NCBI GenBank assembly: GCA_945786985.1
Contig: CALZGC010000003.1
Location: forward strand, 1 to 58,611
Direction: 5' to 3'
From: an uncultured Nitrospirota bacterium
GTDB taxonomy: Bacteria; CG2-30-53-67
Length of the DNA stretch: 58,611 nucleotides
The translations under genes and the position numbers were made by a program. Positions 20,435-28,392 of the stretch are shown piece after piece (position 1 is the first letter of the stretch; every line of letters starts with the position of its first letter). The notes beneath the pieces are model-generated. The model worked only from the letters and a program-made list of their open reading frames with translations. It made no database searches and had not been told where the DNA came from.

Positions 20435-23400
20435 TTATTCACGAATGCTCTTCTCGGCCTCCCCGGCAAGCTGGATCCGCTTGAGACGCTTGACCATTTC
20501 CCGGAAGGAGATTTCCTGCGTGTAGTTGATGACATTGACCTTGGGAGGCAGCACCCCTCCTCGGACCAGATACTCCAGGCCCCCTTCCCGCACGATGCCG
20601 CGGAGGGTAAAGTTGTCGTTCCGCAGTCGACCGCTGAAACCGAGGTTGGCATAACGGTACTCCTTGAAAAGCCGATAAACGCCGCGCCCGAAGATGGAGG
20701 GGGAGGTGCCCGAACCGAGGATCGATATCTTCTCCAGGGCTTCCACACTGATCCGCTGCCCCACGCCTTTGCGTTTGACGGTCCCCAGATGGACGAGAAA
20801 GCTCTCCGGCTGTCCATTGGTGATCACCAGATCTTTGACATACCCCTCGAGAATCCCGGAGATATGTCCGAATTCAAAGGTATCGGTCAGCCGACCCAGA
20901 TCGATTTCTCGAAGCGCCACGGTGGATTTCATCGACGCCACCGGACTGAAAACGTTGTTGACGGAAATGCCCTCGATCGTCACCTCTCCGCCGAAGAGCG
21001 TCAGAACGATCGCACCGGTGGTCCGAAGGCGCCGCCCGGCGAAAGTCACCGTGGGGATGGTCCCGGAAAGGGTACCCTGAAACCGGGGCAGTCCTAGAGC
21101 CACACTCATCTGTGACAGATCAAAGTCCTCGATGTCGGCCGACAGCCGCAGATTCCTCTCGGGGCTGAACAGATCCCGGTAGGCGATCTCCTTGAAGACG
21201 GCCCGCCCCCCGAACAGGGGCACGGCCACATCGCCCCGGAAGTCCAGAACGTCCTGTCGGATGAAGGGGAAGAGCTCCACGGGACCCGTCTGCAGTGCTT
21301 TCCACGCAAGATTTGCAAAGCGCAGCGAACCAGTGCGCTGCGGGGCGTTGGCCGCGAGAGTCTCATCTGCCGCAATATCCACTGGGAGGCGCAGCTGGAG
21401 TCCCTCCAGCCCGATCCCAGCCTCCGCACTCCTCAGATTCGTGTCCGCCACCCGCACCTCACCCTGGACCCCCAGGCGCTGCCGGGTCCCCGTCAGGGTC
21501 AGATCCAGATCGGTGCGGCCATCGAGGTTCAGCGTGGCGAGCAGGGGGAAGCTCTCCTGGAAGGTTTCGCGGACAAAGAAAGCATAGGCATCCCCGTTGG
21601 AGAGACCGACCAGCCGGACCCGCGCATCGTAAGCGGGGTTGTGGCGCAGGTTCCGGAGGGACCCGGAGAAGAGCAAACTGCCCACGTCGGCGAGAGCAAC
21701 GCTGAGGTGAGACAGGTCCAGGCGATCCGTTTCCGTCTGATACGCGCCTTCAGCCTTGAGACTGAGCGGCCGCTTCGAAAAGTCGCCGTAAAAGGGCCCC
21801 CAGAGCATCTCCAGATTGGAAACCCGGGTGTCCAGAGCGAAGGCTGTCTTTTTCATCGGAAGAGAGAAATCAAAACGCCCCGATGCCCGCGCGCGGATTC
21901 CCGCCGCCACACGGGTGCCATCGGGTGAGGCAAAGCCGCCATCCCGGAACGTCACATCTATTTTCCCCTGCACCTCGGTAGGCGCCTGCCTGGGGATTTT
22001 GATCGTCCACACCCCGCGGATGCCTGCGGTCCCCTCCAGGGCGTATTCCCCCGCTGCGGTGAAGCCCTTCGGAAAACGGGCCGCCAAGGTCTTGAGATTC
22101 AATCCCCGGTGCCGTACAGTGGATTGGACGGTGACTGTCTCATCCAGTTTCAAATCGACATCGCCCGAGAGCTCACCCAGGGAATCTGAACGCAGCCGGT
22201 AGCGCCGCAGTGCCATGGTGTTCTTGTCCAGATCGATCCCCACGTCGCCTACCAGCGCCACGCCGCTCTCTGAGAGATAAGTCCTGCGCGCCCGGCTGAT
22301 GGCTATCCGGTCCGCCCGCAGTTCGGTTTCCGGGGCTCGCAGAACGCCTTGAGCGTATCGCAGATGGGGTACTTTCAGTCGGGCATTCAAGAGGCGGTGG
22401 CGCAGCCCCCGCCCGTTTTCAAAATCGAGCATCACTGTCTTGCCGTGCGCCCGTCCGTCTCGCACACGGCATTCGCCGGACCCGCACGCAAAGGGGAGCT
22501 CTATTTCAAATGGCTTCAACAGCATGCCGGCGCTCTGAAACCGTTCACCCGTCAAGTGCACCGCACCCGCTACCCGGGGCGATGCCGCTGTCCCCGAGAG
22601 TCCGAGACGGACCGCTCCCTGCCCGCTCATCTCCAGAGCCTGGAGCCACTGTACGGCCGTTCCTGCCAGCAGTCCTTTCAGGGCGGAGAGCGGAAACCCC
22701 GTCCCTTCGAGGCGCAAGTCAAATCCGGGATCCCCCGAGGCAGCGGCCTCGATGTTCCCTCGCAGCGACCAGGGCGGGTCGTCCCCGAGCCTTGCCTCGA
22801 GCCGTTCACAGTGGAGCCGGTCCGTCTCTTCGGTGTAAGTCCCCTTGAACACGAGGTGCAGGGGGGTTCCGTTAAGATCGACGCTAAGTGCTGCCGACGA
22901 CAGTGCAAAACCGTCCACCCGGATGTCCGAGTGCCATTGGAGTTCACCGGGGGAGGTTCCCGCAAGGGTGGTGTTGCCTTCGAGGATGCCGGTAAGCGAG
23001 ATTGCCTGGCCAGCGAAACCGAGAGGCGCCAGCAGATCCTGTTGGAGTTCTTGAAGAGAGAGTCCGTCCGTGCGGACGCGGGCATCGACGGCCACGCGGT
23101 TAGGTGCCACAGAAGTGAGCGTGCCCTCCAGAAAGACCGAACGAACGAGCTCTTTACCGGCCGCGCCGGCCAGCACCGTTTCGGGTGCACTTGATTCAAA
23201 GACGCCCACCGCCCCCACGTTGCCGGAAAAAAGGAGTGCTGCGGAACCGTTCTTTTCGTCCATGTGCGCGTCGAAACTGAACCCGCCGCGAAGGGTCCGC
23301 TCCGCAAGGTGCAACACGAGCTCTCCGTCCTCGACGGCAAGCCGTCCCAGATTTACCGGGAGGGACAGACTCTTTTCCCCGGGAGGACGCCCCCCGGCCC

Positions 23401-23836
23401 TCGCAGGACGCAAAAAAAGCTTCGGGTTCCTGAGGGTGAGTGAATCGACACGTCCCCTGAGCAGCCCGTCGAGGCTGAGGCCCACTGCCACAAAGGGAAG
23501 CACCATCCGTGGGGCACCGTCTTCGGCGTCCCCGACCATGAGATCCCTGATGACGAGGACGTGCGGGTCCTGAAGTTCCAGCGAACCGATCCTGACGTCC
23601 GTCTCGAAACGGCGGGCCAGTTCCCGGTGAAGCAGGTCAAGAAAATGAGGGCTTTTCAAAAACCAGAGGACGAAACCAAGAAGTGACAGAACGAGGAAGA
23701 GGGAGAGGGCCGCACCCACCAGACACGTCCGCTTCGGACCGGATCGACCTTTCCCTGAGCTTTCCAACCCACTCACCCCGTTCGCCCGGATATTGCATGA
23801 GTGATCATCATGAGAGGCCCCAGAGATACTGGACAC
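20435..23836 (-). CDS. YdbH-like AsmA-family giant envelope protein (N-terminal TM anchor, long beta-rich body, YdbH-type C-terminal domain)
   Basis: 1133-aa ORF with a single N-terminal TM helix (LVGAALSLFLVLSLLGFVLWFL). The C-terminus (ISGILEGYVKDLVITNGQPESFLVHLGT...FKEYRYANLGFSGRLRNDNFTLRG...EYLV) is of the YdbH type. It lies directly upstream of a DUF1318 gene, as in ydbH-ynbE-ydbL. The start is uncertain: the longest ORF starts at GTG 23836 inside repeat copy A, and GTG 23776 and TTG 23767 are alternatives. Confidence 0.8.
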   Translation of the reverse strand: MSSISGASHDDHSCNIRANGVSGLESSGKGRSGPKRTCLVGAALSLFLVLSLLGFVLWFLKSPHFLDLLHRELARRFETDVRIGSLELQDPHVLVIRDLMVGDAEDGAPRMVLPFVAVGLSLDGLLRGRVDSLTLRNPKLFLRPARAGGRPPGEKSLSLPVNLGRLAVEDGELVLHLAERTLRGGFSFDAHMDEKNGSAALLFSGNVGAVGVFESSAPETVLAGAAGKELVRSVFLEGTLTSVAPNRVAVDARVRTDGLSLQELQQDLLAPLGFAGQAISLTGILEGNTTLAGTSPGELQWHSDIRVDGFALSSAALSVDLNGTPLHLVFKGTYTEETDRLHCERLEARLGDDPPWSLRGNIEAAASGDPGFDLRLEGTGFPLSALKGLLAGTAVQWLQALEMSGQGAVRLGLSGTAASPRVAGAVHLTGERFQSAGMLLKPFEIELPFACGSGECRVRDGRAHGKTVMLDFENGRGLRHRLLNARLKVPHLRYAQGVLRAPETELRADRIAISRARRTYLSESGVALVGDVGIDLDKNTMALRRYRLRSDSLGELSGDVDLKLDETVTVQSTVRHRGLNLKTLAARFPKGFTAAGEYALEGTAGIRGVWTIKIPRQAPTEVQGKIDVTFRDGGFASPDGTRVAAGIRARASGRFDFSLPMKKTAFALDTRVSNLEMLWGPFYGDFSKRPLSLKAEGAYQTETDRLDLSHLSVALADVGSLLFSGSLRNLRHNPAYDARVRLVGLSNGDAYAFFVRETFQESFPLLATLNLDGRTDLDLTLTGTRQRLGVQGEVRVADTNLRSAEAGIGLEGLQLRLPVDIAADETLAANAPQRTGSLRFANLAWKALQTGPVELFPFIRQDVLDFRGDVAVPLFGGRAVFKEIAYRDLFSPERNLRLSADIEDFDLSQMSVALGLPRFQGTLSGTIPTVTFAGRRLRTTGAIVLTLFGGEVTIEGISVNNVFSPVASMKSTVALREIDLGRLTDTFEFGHISGILEGYVKDLVITNGQPESFLVHLGTVKRKGVGQRISVEALEKISILGSGTSPSIFGRGVYRLFKEYRYANLGFSGRLRNDNFTLRGIVREGGLEYLVRGGVLPPKVNVINYTQEISFREMVKRLKRIQLAGEAEKSIRE

Positions 23837-23994
23837 GCCATGGGCAAGACGCAGAAAATTTACCGGCTGAAGACATATTGAAGTCAGAAAATTTTCTGTA
23901 ACGCCGAATGTGGCAGGCTATCCGTCTTCGCAGAATGCTACGCCGTGACAAGTCCGGCCTCGCAATAGATTGACTCATGCAATATCCGGGCTAG
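23781..23994 (-). repeat. Full-length copy A of a nested-palindromic MITE/REP-like element (about 214 bp)
   Basis: A perfect 19-nt terminal inverted repeat GCCCGGATATTGCATGAGT occurs at 23784-23802 and, as its complement, at 23973-23991. An inner palindrome CAGAAAATTTTCTG lies at 23885-23898. The whole copy aligns end to end, in reverse orientation, with copy C at 48947-49126. Confidence 0.8.
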
Positions 23995-24154
23995 ATCAGA
24001 AACCGCGCCGCAGCACCCCAGGGGTGTGGAGAGCGGAAGACACGGTTCATCCATCCGGTCTTCTGCGGGGACGACCCCCTGTGTTTGTAAATCGGATCGG
24101 AGCAAGGCGGAAGGACCGCAGGGGGACGCCACACACGAACGGCCCCGCGCCGCG

Positions 24155-24622
24155 TCAGAAGATGGCTGCCAGACGATCATATGATTTGCGCAGCCGAGTC
24201 GCTGTGGTCAGGAGCATTCCCTTGAGGAGCTGGACACCGAGGGTCGGGTGCGCCTCGATGAGCTCGTCGAATTTCTCTTTGCGCAGAAGCACCAGCGACA
24301 CATCCTCCAGCGCTTTTGCCGAGGTCGCTGCCGGGCGGCCATCCAGGATGGACAATTCCCCGGCAATGGCCCCTTGGCTGTAAACGCCGACCACCACTTC
24401 TTTCCCTTTGAACTCGGTCTGCTTCTTGATTTCCACACGCCCCGTCATGATGAAGAAGACACAGCCCGACGGCTCCCCTTCCTGCCACAGAACATCGCCC
24501 GCGGAGGCCTGCGCACATTCAAAATAGCCGCCGATCTTAGTCAGATCCTCCTCCGTGAAAAAACGGAAAGAGCTGAGCTCATTTTTCATCCGGACGCAGA
24601 CCGCCGGTGTCACCGATTTCAC
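24155..24622 (-). CDS. Stand-alone cyclic-nucleotide-binding (CAP/CNB) domain protein, last gene of the mla operon
   Basis: The CNB beta-barrel reads GDVLWQEGEPSGCVFFIMTGRVEI...GELSILDGRPAATSAKA, and there is no HTH domain. The GTG start at 24622 overlaps the mlaC stop (GTGA) and is preceded by GGAGGGGG. A paralog lies at 42508-42972. Confidence 0.85.
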   Translation of the reverse strand: MKSVTPAVCVRMKNELSSFRFFTEEDLTKIGGYFECAQASAGDVLWQEGEPSGCVFFIMTGRVEIKKQTEFKGKEVVVGVYSQGAIAGELSILDGRPAATSAKALEDVSLVLLRKEKFDELIEAHPTLGVQLLKGMLLTTATRLRKSYDRLAAIF

Positions 24623-25236
24623 TTGGCCCCCTCCACGCTCACTGGACTTCGAAGCTCCTGGATCTTCTCCTCCATCCTCGCCAGCAGACCGGAGATGCCT
24701 TCCTTCTGAACGATCTCCCGATAGCTGCTGCGGAAATTGCTGATCAGGCTGATCTCCTCCACGACCACATCATAGACGCGCCAGCCATCGCTCCTCAGGA
24801 CCAACTTGTAGCTGACGGGGATGTCGGCCGTCTTGGAACGGATGACCGTGTCCACCACCGCCCGCGTGTCCCGAATATCCTCGCGCACATATTTGACATC
24901 TTCGTCCGTGTAGGCATCGATTCGGCGAAGATAGGTCTCCTCGAGGAGTTCCGAGAAGAGCGCAACAAACCGCGCCTGCTCATCCGGGGAGGCCTTTCGC
25001 CAGTTGGTGGAAAGGGTGCTCTGGGACATGGCCCGGAAATCGAACTTCTGCCGCACCACGGCGCTGATCTTCTCCCGCTTGACAGCGCTCTCCAACTGAC
25101 CGTTGCGCAGAATGGTGATGATTTCATCGACGGTCACCCGCACCTGCTCGAGGGGCCCTGTTCCGGCCGGCGCGATCGAGAGCATCCCGACCAAAAGAGG
25201 CACGCACAGCAAAACCCCATAGCGCTTCCCCATCAT
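24619..25236 (-). CDS. mlaC: Periplasmic phospholipid-binding protein MlaC (Ttg2D family)
   Basis: A signal peptide is present, with MlaC-type motifs (SQSTLSTNWRKASPDEQARFVALFSELLEETY ... GWRVYDVVVEEISLISNFRSSY). AAGGAG lies upstream. Confidence 0.85.
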   Translation of the reverse strand: MMGKRYGVLLCVPLLVGMLSIAPAGTGPLEQVRVTVDEIITILRNGQLESAVKREKISAVVRQKFDFRAMSQSTLSTNWRKASPDEQARFVALFSELLEETYLRRIDAYTDEDVKYVREDIRDTRAVVDTVIRSKTADIPVSYKLVLRSDGWRVYDVVVEEISLISNFRSSYREIVQKEGISGLLARMEEKIQELRSPVSVEGAK

Positions 25237-25347
25237 CTGTCCACTCCTTCGTGTATGGGTCCGGAAGAAACCGCTCTCTTTCAGTTTCCCCAGTTTACCA
25301 CAGCCGACCCTCGCGGCACAATTGCCGCTCCCATACTGCGGGAGCCG

Positions 25348-26100
25348 TCATTTGCGAATCAGCCCTTCCCGACGCTGGGAATAGGCGTTGCGGATGGTCA
25401 CATAAGGATCCAGCGCCTCCTCTTTGATCGATTCGTAGGTGTCCTTGTCGAGGGATGTAGCGTTGACCGTATCCAGGGCTTTAATCCCGAACCGCTCCCA
25501 GGCTTTGATGTCGAAATAGTAGACGGGGTCGAGAAAACCGTCCACCAGGCCTCCCAGACCGTCCCGCAGGTTGGTCGGGCCGAAAAAGGGCCACACCATG
25601 TAGAATCCGCCCCCCGCCCCGAAGCGCCCCAGGGTCTGGCCGAAATCCTCGTCCTTGCGCGAGATCCCCGCCACCGTGCGTGCCGGGTCGAACAGCCCGA
25701 GAATCCCGATGGTGCTGTTCATCACGAAGCGAAATAATTCGCCGGCACCGTCCCGGAACCTGAACTGCAGGAGGCTGTTGACAAATCGCTGCGGCGTATA
25801 CAGATTGGAAAAAAAGTTCGAAACGGAGACCCGGGCTGGCTCCGGGACCACCCGGTAGGCTCGGGCCACCGGTTTGAGGAGATAGAAATAGAACTTGTCA
25901 TTGAACCAGAAGACGCCCCGATTGAAGGGCTCAATCGGGTCAAAGGCCCGGACCTCCTCTTCCTCATCCAGAAAAAACTCTTCCGGGGGCTCCGCCTGGT
26001 CCGACAGGAGGGGTTCGGCCGGGGGACCCTCCGCAGCAACGGGGCTCCAATGGCCATACAACAGGAGAACGGCAAGCAGGCAGGACACGGCATGTTTCAT
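25348..26100 (-). CDS. mlaA: MlaA/VacJ family outer-membrane lipid asymmetry protein
   Basis: ORF 25348-26106 (TTG) trimmed to the ATG at 26100. The VacJ signature is DPIEPFNRGVFWFNDKFYFYLLKPVARAYRVVPEPARVSVSNFFSNL. Confidence 0.85.
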   Translation of the reverse strand: MKHAVSCLLAVLLLYGHWSPVAAEGPPAEPLLSDQAEPPEEFFLDEEEEVRAFDPIEPFNRGVFWFNDKFYFYLLKPVARAYRVVPEPARVSVSNFFSNLYTPQRFVNSLLQFRFRDGAGELFRFVMNSTIGILGLFDPARTVAGISRKDEDFGQTLGRFGAGGGFYMVWPFFGPTNLRDGLGGLVDGFLDPVYYFDIKAWERFGIKALDTVNATSLDKDTYESIKEEALDPYVTIRNAYSQRREGLIRK

Positions 26101-26117
26101 AAGCAAGGTCCCCTCGG

Positions 26118-26564
26118 TTAGTTCTTCTCAAACATATACTTGCTGACCAGCTGCTCCAGATTGATGGCCGACTCGGTCTCCAAGATCTCTCCGCCCGGCA
26201 GGATGTTCTCTTCCGAACCGCCGGGGGAGATGGCCACATAACGGTCACCGATGATCCCGGCTGTTCGGATAGACGCAATACTGTCCTGCTGCAACGTGAC
26301 CCCTTGATCGATGGAGAGATTCACCACGGCCTCGTAGTTCTCGGAATCCAGGGTGATGGAGGACACTTTGCCGACCCGCACGCCGCCGATTTCAGCGGTG
26401 GCGCCCTTCTTCAATCCCGACACCGAATTGAAGCGGGCCGTCACCGGATAGCTGTCGTCCCCAAAAAGGCTCACATCGCCCAGCTTGACAGAGAGATAGG
26501 CAAAACAGAGAAACCCCAGTACCACAAAAACGCCGACAGCCATTTCAACATTAAATCTCTTCAT
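26118..26564 (-). CDS. mlaD: MlaD (MCE-domain) protein
   Basis: ORF trimmed to the ATG at 26564 (MKRFNVEMAVGVFVVLGFLCFAYLSVKLG). The MCE domain reads YPVTARFNSVSGLKKGATAEIGGVRVGKV. The start overlaps the mlaF 3' end by 14 nt. Confidence 0.9.
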   Translation of the reverse strand: MKRFNVEMAVGVFVVLGFLCFAYLSVKLGDVSLFGDDSYPVTARFNSVSGLKKGATAEIGGVRVGKVSSITLDSENYEAVVNLSIDQGVTLQQDSIASIRTAGIIGDRYVAISPGGSEENILPGGEILETESAINLEQLVSKYMFEKN

Positions 26565-27351
26565 AGAGGCCCCTCTCTTCTCTTTCACTCGAGTAAATGG
26601 GCCCCATGGTCGTTTCCACAAAGGCCCGAATGTGCGGATTGTCCGAAAGCTGAAACGCGTCGGGCGTCATACAGCCCTGGATCTTCCCTTCGGCAAGCAG
26701 GGCCACGTAATCCGAGAGTTTGAATATCTTGGGCACATCATGACTCACGATCACTGCCGTATATTTGAGTTCCGCCTGGGTCCGGTAAAAGAGACGGTAA
26801 ATCTCATTGCTCTTGTTCACGTCGAGGCCGGTCGTCGGCTCGTCAAAAAAGACAATTTTCGGGTTCAGCACCAGTGCGCGGGCCAAGCCCACCCGCTTCT
26901 TCATACCGCCGCTCAGCTGGGCCGGATATTTTTCAGTCGTCCCGTCCAGATCCATCATGGCCAGCTTCTCTTCCACGTTCGCCCGAATCTCCTCCTTCGT
27001 TGCGTCCGTCCGCTCCCGAAGGGGCAAGGCCACATTATCGTAGACCGTCATGGAATCAAAGAGAGCCACGTTTTGGAAGAGCACCCCGAAACCCATTCGG
27101 ACCTTCTTCAACTGGCGACGCCGGATGGTTGCCAGATCCTGCCCGAATACCGTCACCTTGCCACTGTCCGGTTTCACCAGGCCCAGCATGTGCTTGAGCA
27201 CCACGCTTTTTCCCTGGCCGCTGGCCCCTACGATGACGGTCGTGGTCCCTTCCCGTACCGAAAGGTTCACACCATCGAGAACCTTCTGGGCGCCGAAATA
27301 CTTCTCCACACCGCTCAGTTCGATAACGCTCTTGGCTTCCCCGTTCCCCAT
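26551..27351 (-). CDS. mlaF: ABC transporter ATP-binding protein MlaF
   Basis: Walker A GASGQGKS, signature LSGGMKKRVGLARAL and Walker B IVFFDEPTTGLD are present. I chose the ATG at 27351, preceded by GGAGAGG, over the TTG at 27363. Confidence 0.9.
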   Translation of the reverse strand: MGNGEAKSVIELSGVEKYFGAQKVLDGVNLSVREGTTTVIVGASGQGKSVVLKHMLGLVKPDSGKVTVFGQDLATIRRRQLKKVRMGFGVLFQNVALFDSMTVYDNVALPLRERTDATKEEIRANVEEKLAMMDLDGTTEKYPAQLSGGMKKRVGLARALVLNPKIVFFDEPTTGLDVNKSNEIYRLFYRTQAELKYTAVIVSHDVPKIFKLSDYVALLAEGKIQGCMTPDAFQLSDNPHIRAFVETTMGPIYSSEREERGLYEEI

Positions 27352-27378
27352 ACCCCTCTCCAACCGGTCTTCTCCAAG

Positions 27379-28167
27379 CTACAACAGAATGGCGCTGATC
27401 AGATAATCCCAGACCAGAACGGTCACCGATGCCAGCACAACGGCACTGGTGGTCGTTCGGCTCACCCCCTCCGCCCCGAATCCGCCGCTGCGCTCAAACT
27501 GCAGGTAATACCCTTTGGCGGCCGATATCCAGATGATGAGCAGGCCGAAGACCAGCGATTTGACGAGTCCCATCTCGATATCCTGCCAGACCACGCTGGC
27601 ATACATCCCCTGAAAATAGGTCCCCTCGTTGACCCCGAGCAGGGAGACGCCGACCAGGAAGCCGCCGAAAATGCCGATGACGTCAAAGACAAAGGTCAAC
27701 AGGGGCAGGGAGAAAATGGCGGCCACGAACTTGGGCGCCATGAGGTATTTATACGGGTCAATGGCCATACACTCCAGGGCATCTATCTGCTCCGAATTCC
27801 GCATGATGCCGATCTCCGCACAGATGGCCGAGCCGGCCCGCCCGATGACCATCAGGGCCGTCAGGACTGGTCCGAGTTCACGGATGAGGCTGAGGGCCAC
27901 CGCGGAGCCCAGTAGACCTTCGGACCCGAACTGGCGCAGGGTGTAGTAGCCCTGAAGCCCGAGGACCATCCCCGTGAAGGCCCCGGTAAAAAGGATCACA
28001 AAGAGGGACCGGGCCCCAATGAAATGGATTTGCTTAAGGATGGCCTGCGGCTTGTAGGGTGGGATCAAAAGACTGATCAGGCAGGAGACCAGAAAGAGGC
28101 CCATTCGGCCCGCCTGTTCCAGGAAGTAGAGGCATTCATCCCCCAACTGTTCCAATGCCTTCCGCAT
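27379..28167 (-). CDS. mlaE: ABC transporter permease MlaE
   Basis: 262-aa polytopic membrane protein with MlaE-type sequence (LRELGPVLTALMVIGRAGSAICAEIGIMRNSEQIDALE). Confidence 0.9.
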   Translation of the reverse strand: MRKALEQLGDECLYFLEQAGRMGLFLVSCLISLLIPPYKPQAILKQIHFIGARSLFVILFTGAFTGMVLGLQGYYTLRQFGSEGLLGSAVALSLIRELGPVLTALMVIGRAGSAICAEIGIMRNSEQIDALECMAIDPYKYLMAPKFVAAIFSLPLLTFVFDVIGIFGGFLVGVSLLGVNEGTYFQGMYASVVWQDIEMGLVKSLVFGLLIIWISAAKGYYLQFERSGGFGAEGVSRTTTSAVVLASVTVLVWDYLISAILL

Positions 28168-28291
28168 AGATCCTGACGATCAGAGAACGTGACATCGGGC
28201 CGTTGGCCTGCACGTTGTCCGATAACGAGAGCGTGAAATGATCTCCGCACACCGCAGAAGCGGGAGGGGCCCCTTCCGGTGAAAACCCGAT

Positions 28292-28321
28292 CAACATAGC
28301 ACCTGCCGCCCGACGGTGTCA
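28292..28321 (-). promoter_or_regulatory. Candidate sigma70 promoter for the mla operon
   Basis: On the minus strand: TTGACA (complement of 28316-28321), 18-nt spacer, TATGTT (complement of 28292-28297), about 125 nt upstream of mlaE. Pattern match only. Confidence 0.3.
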
Positions 28322-28392
28322 ACTGTCGATCCGTTCCGCACGTTCTCTTTTTCCCGGAGGCATGCGCCGGAATCCGCCCGGATTTTGTCGCC

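Noticed and set aside
23796-23900. 34-aa ORF inside repeat copy A (MSDHHERPQRYWTRHGQDAENLPAEDILKSENFL), with a counterpart in copy C
   Set aside because: The two copies differ by indels that are not multiples of three, so the middle of the peptide is frame-shifted between them. Conservation is at the DNA/palindrome level, not the protein level.
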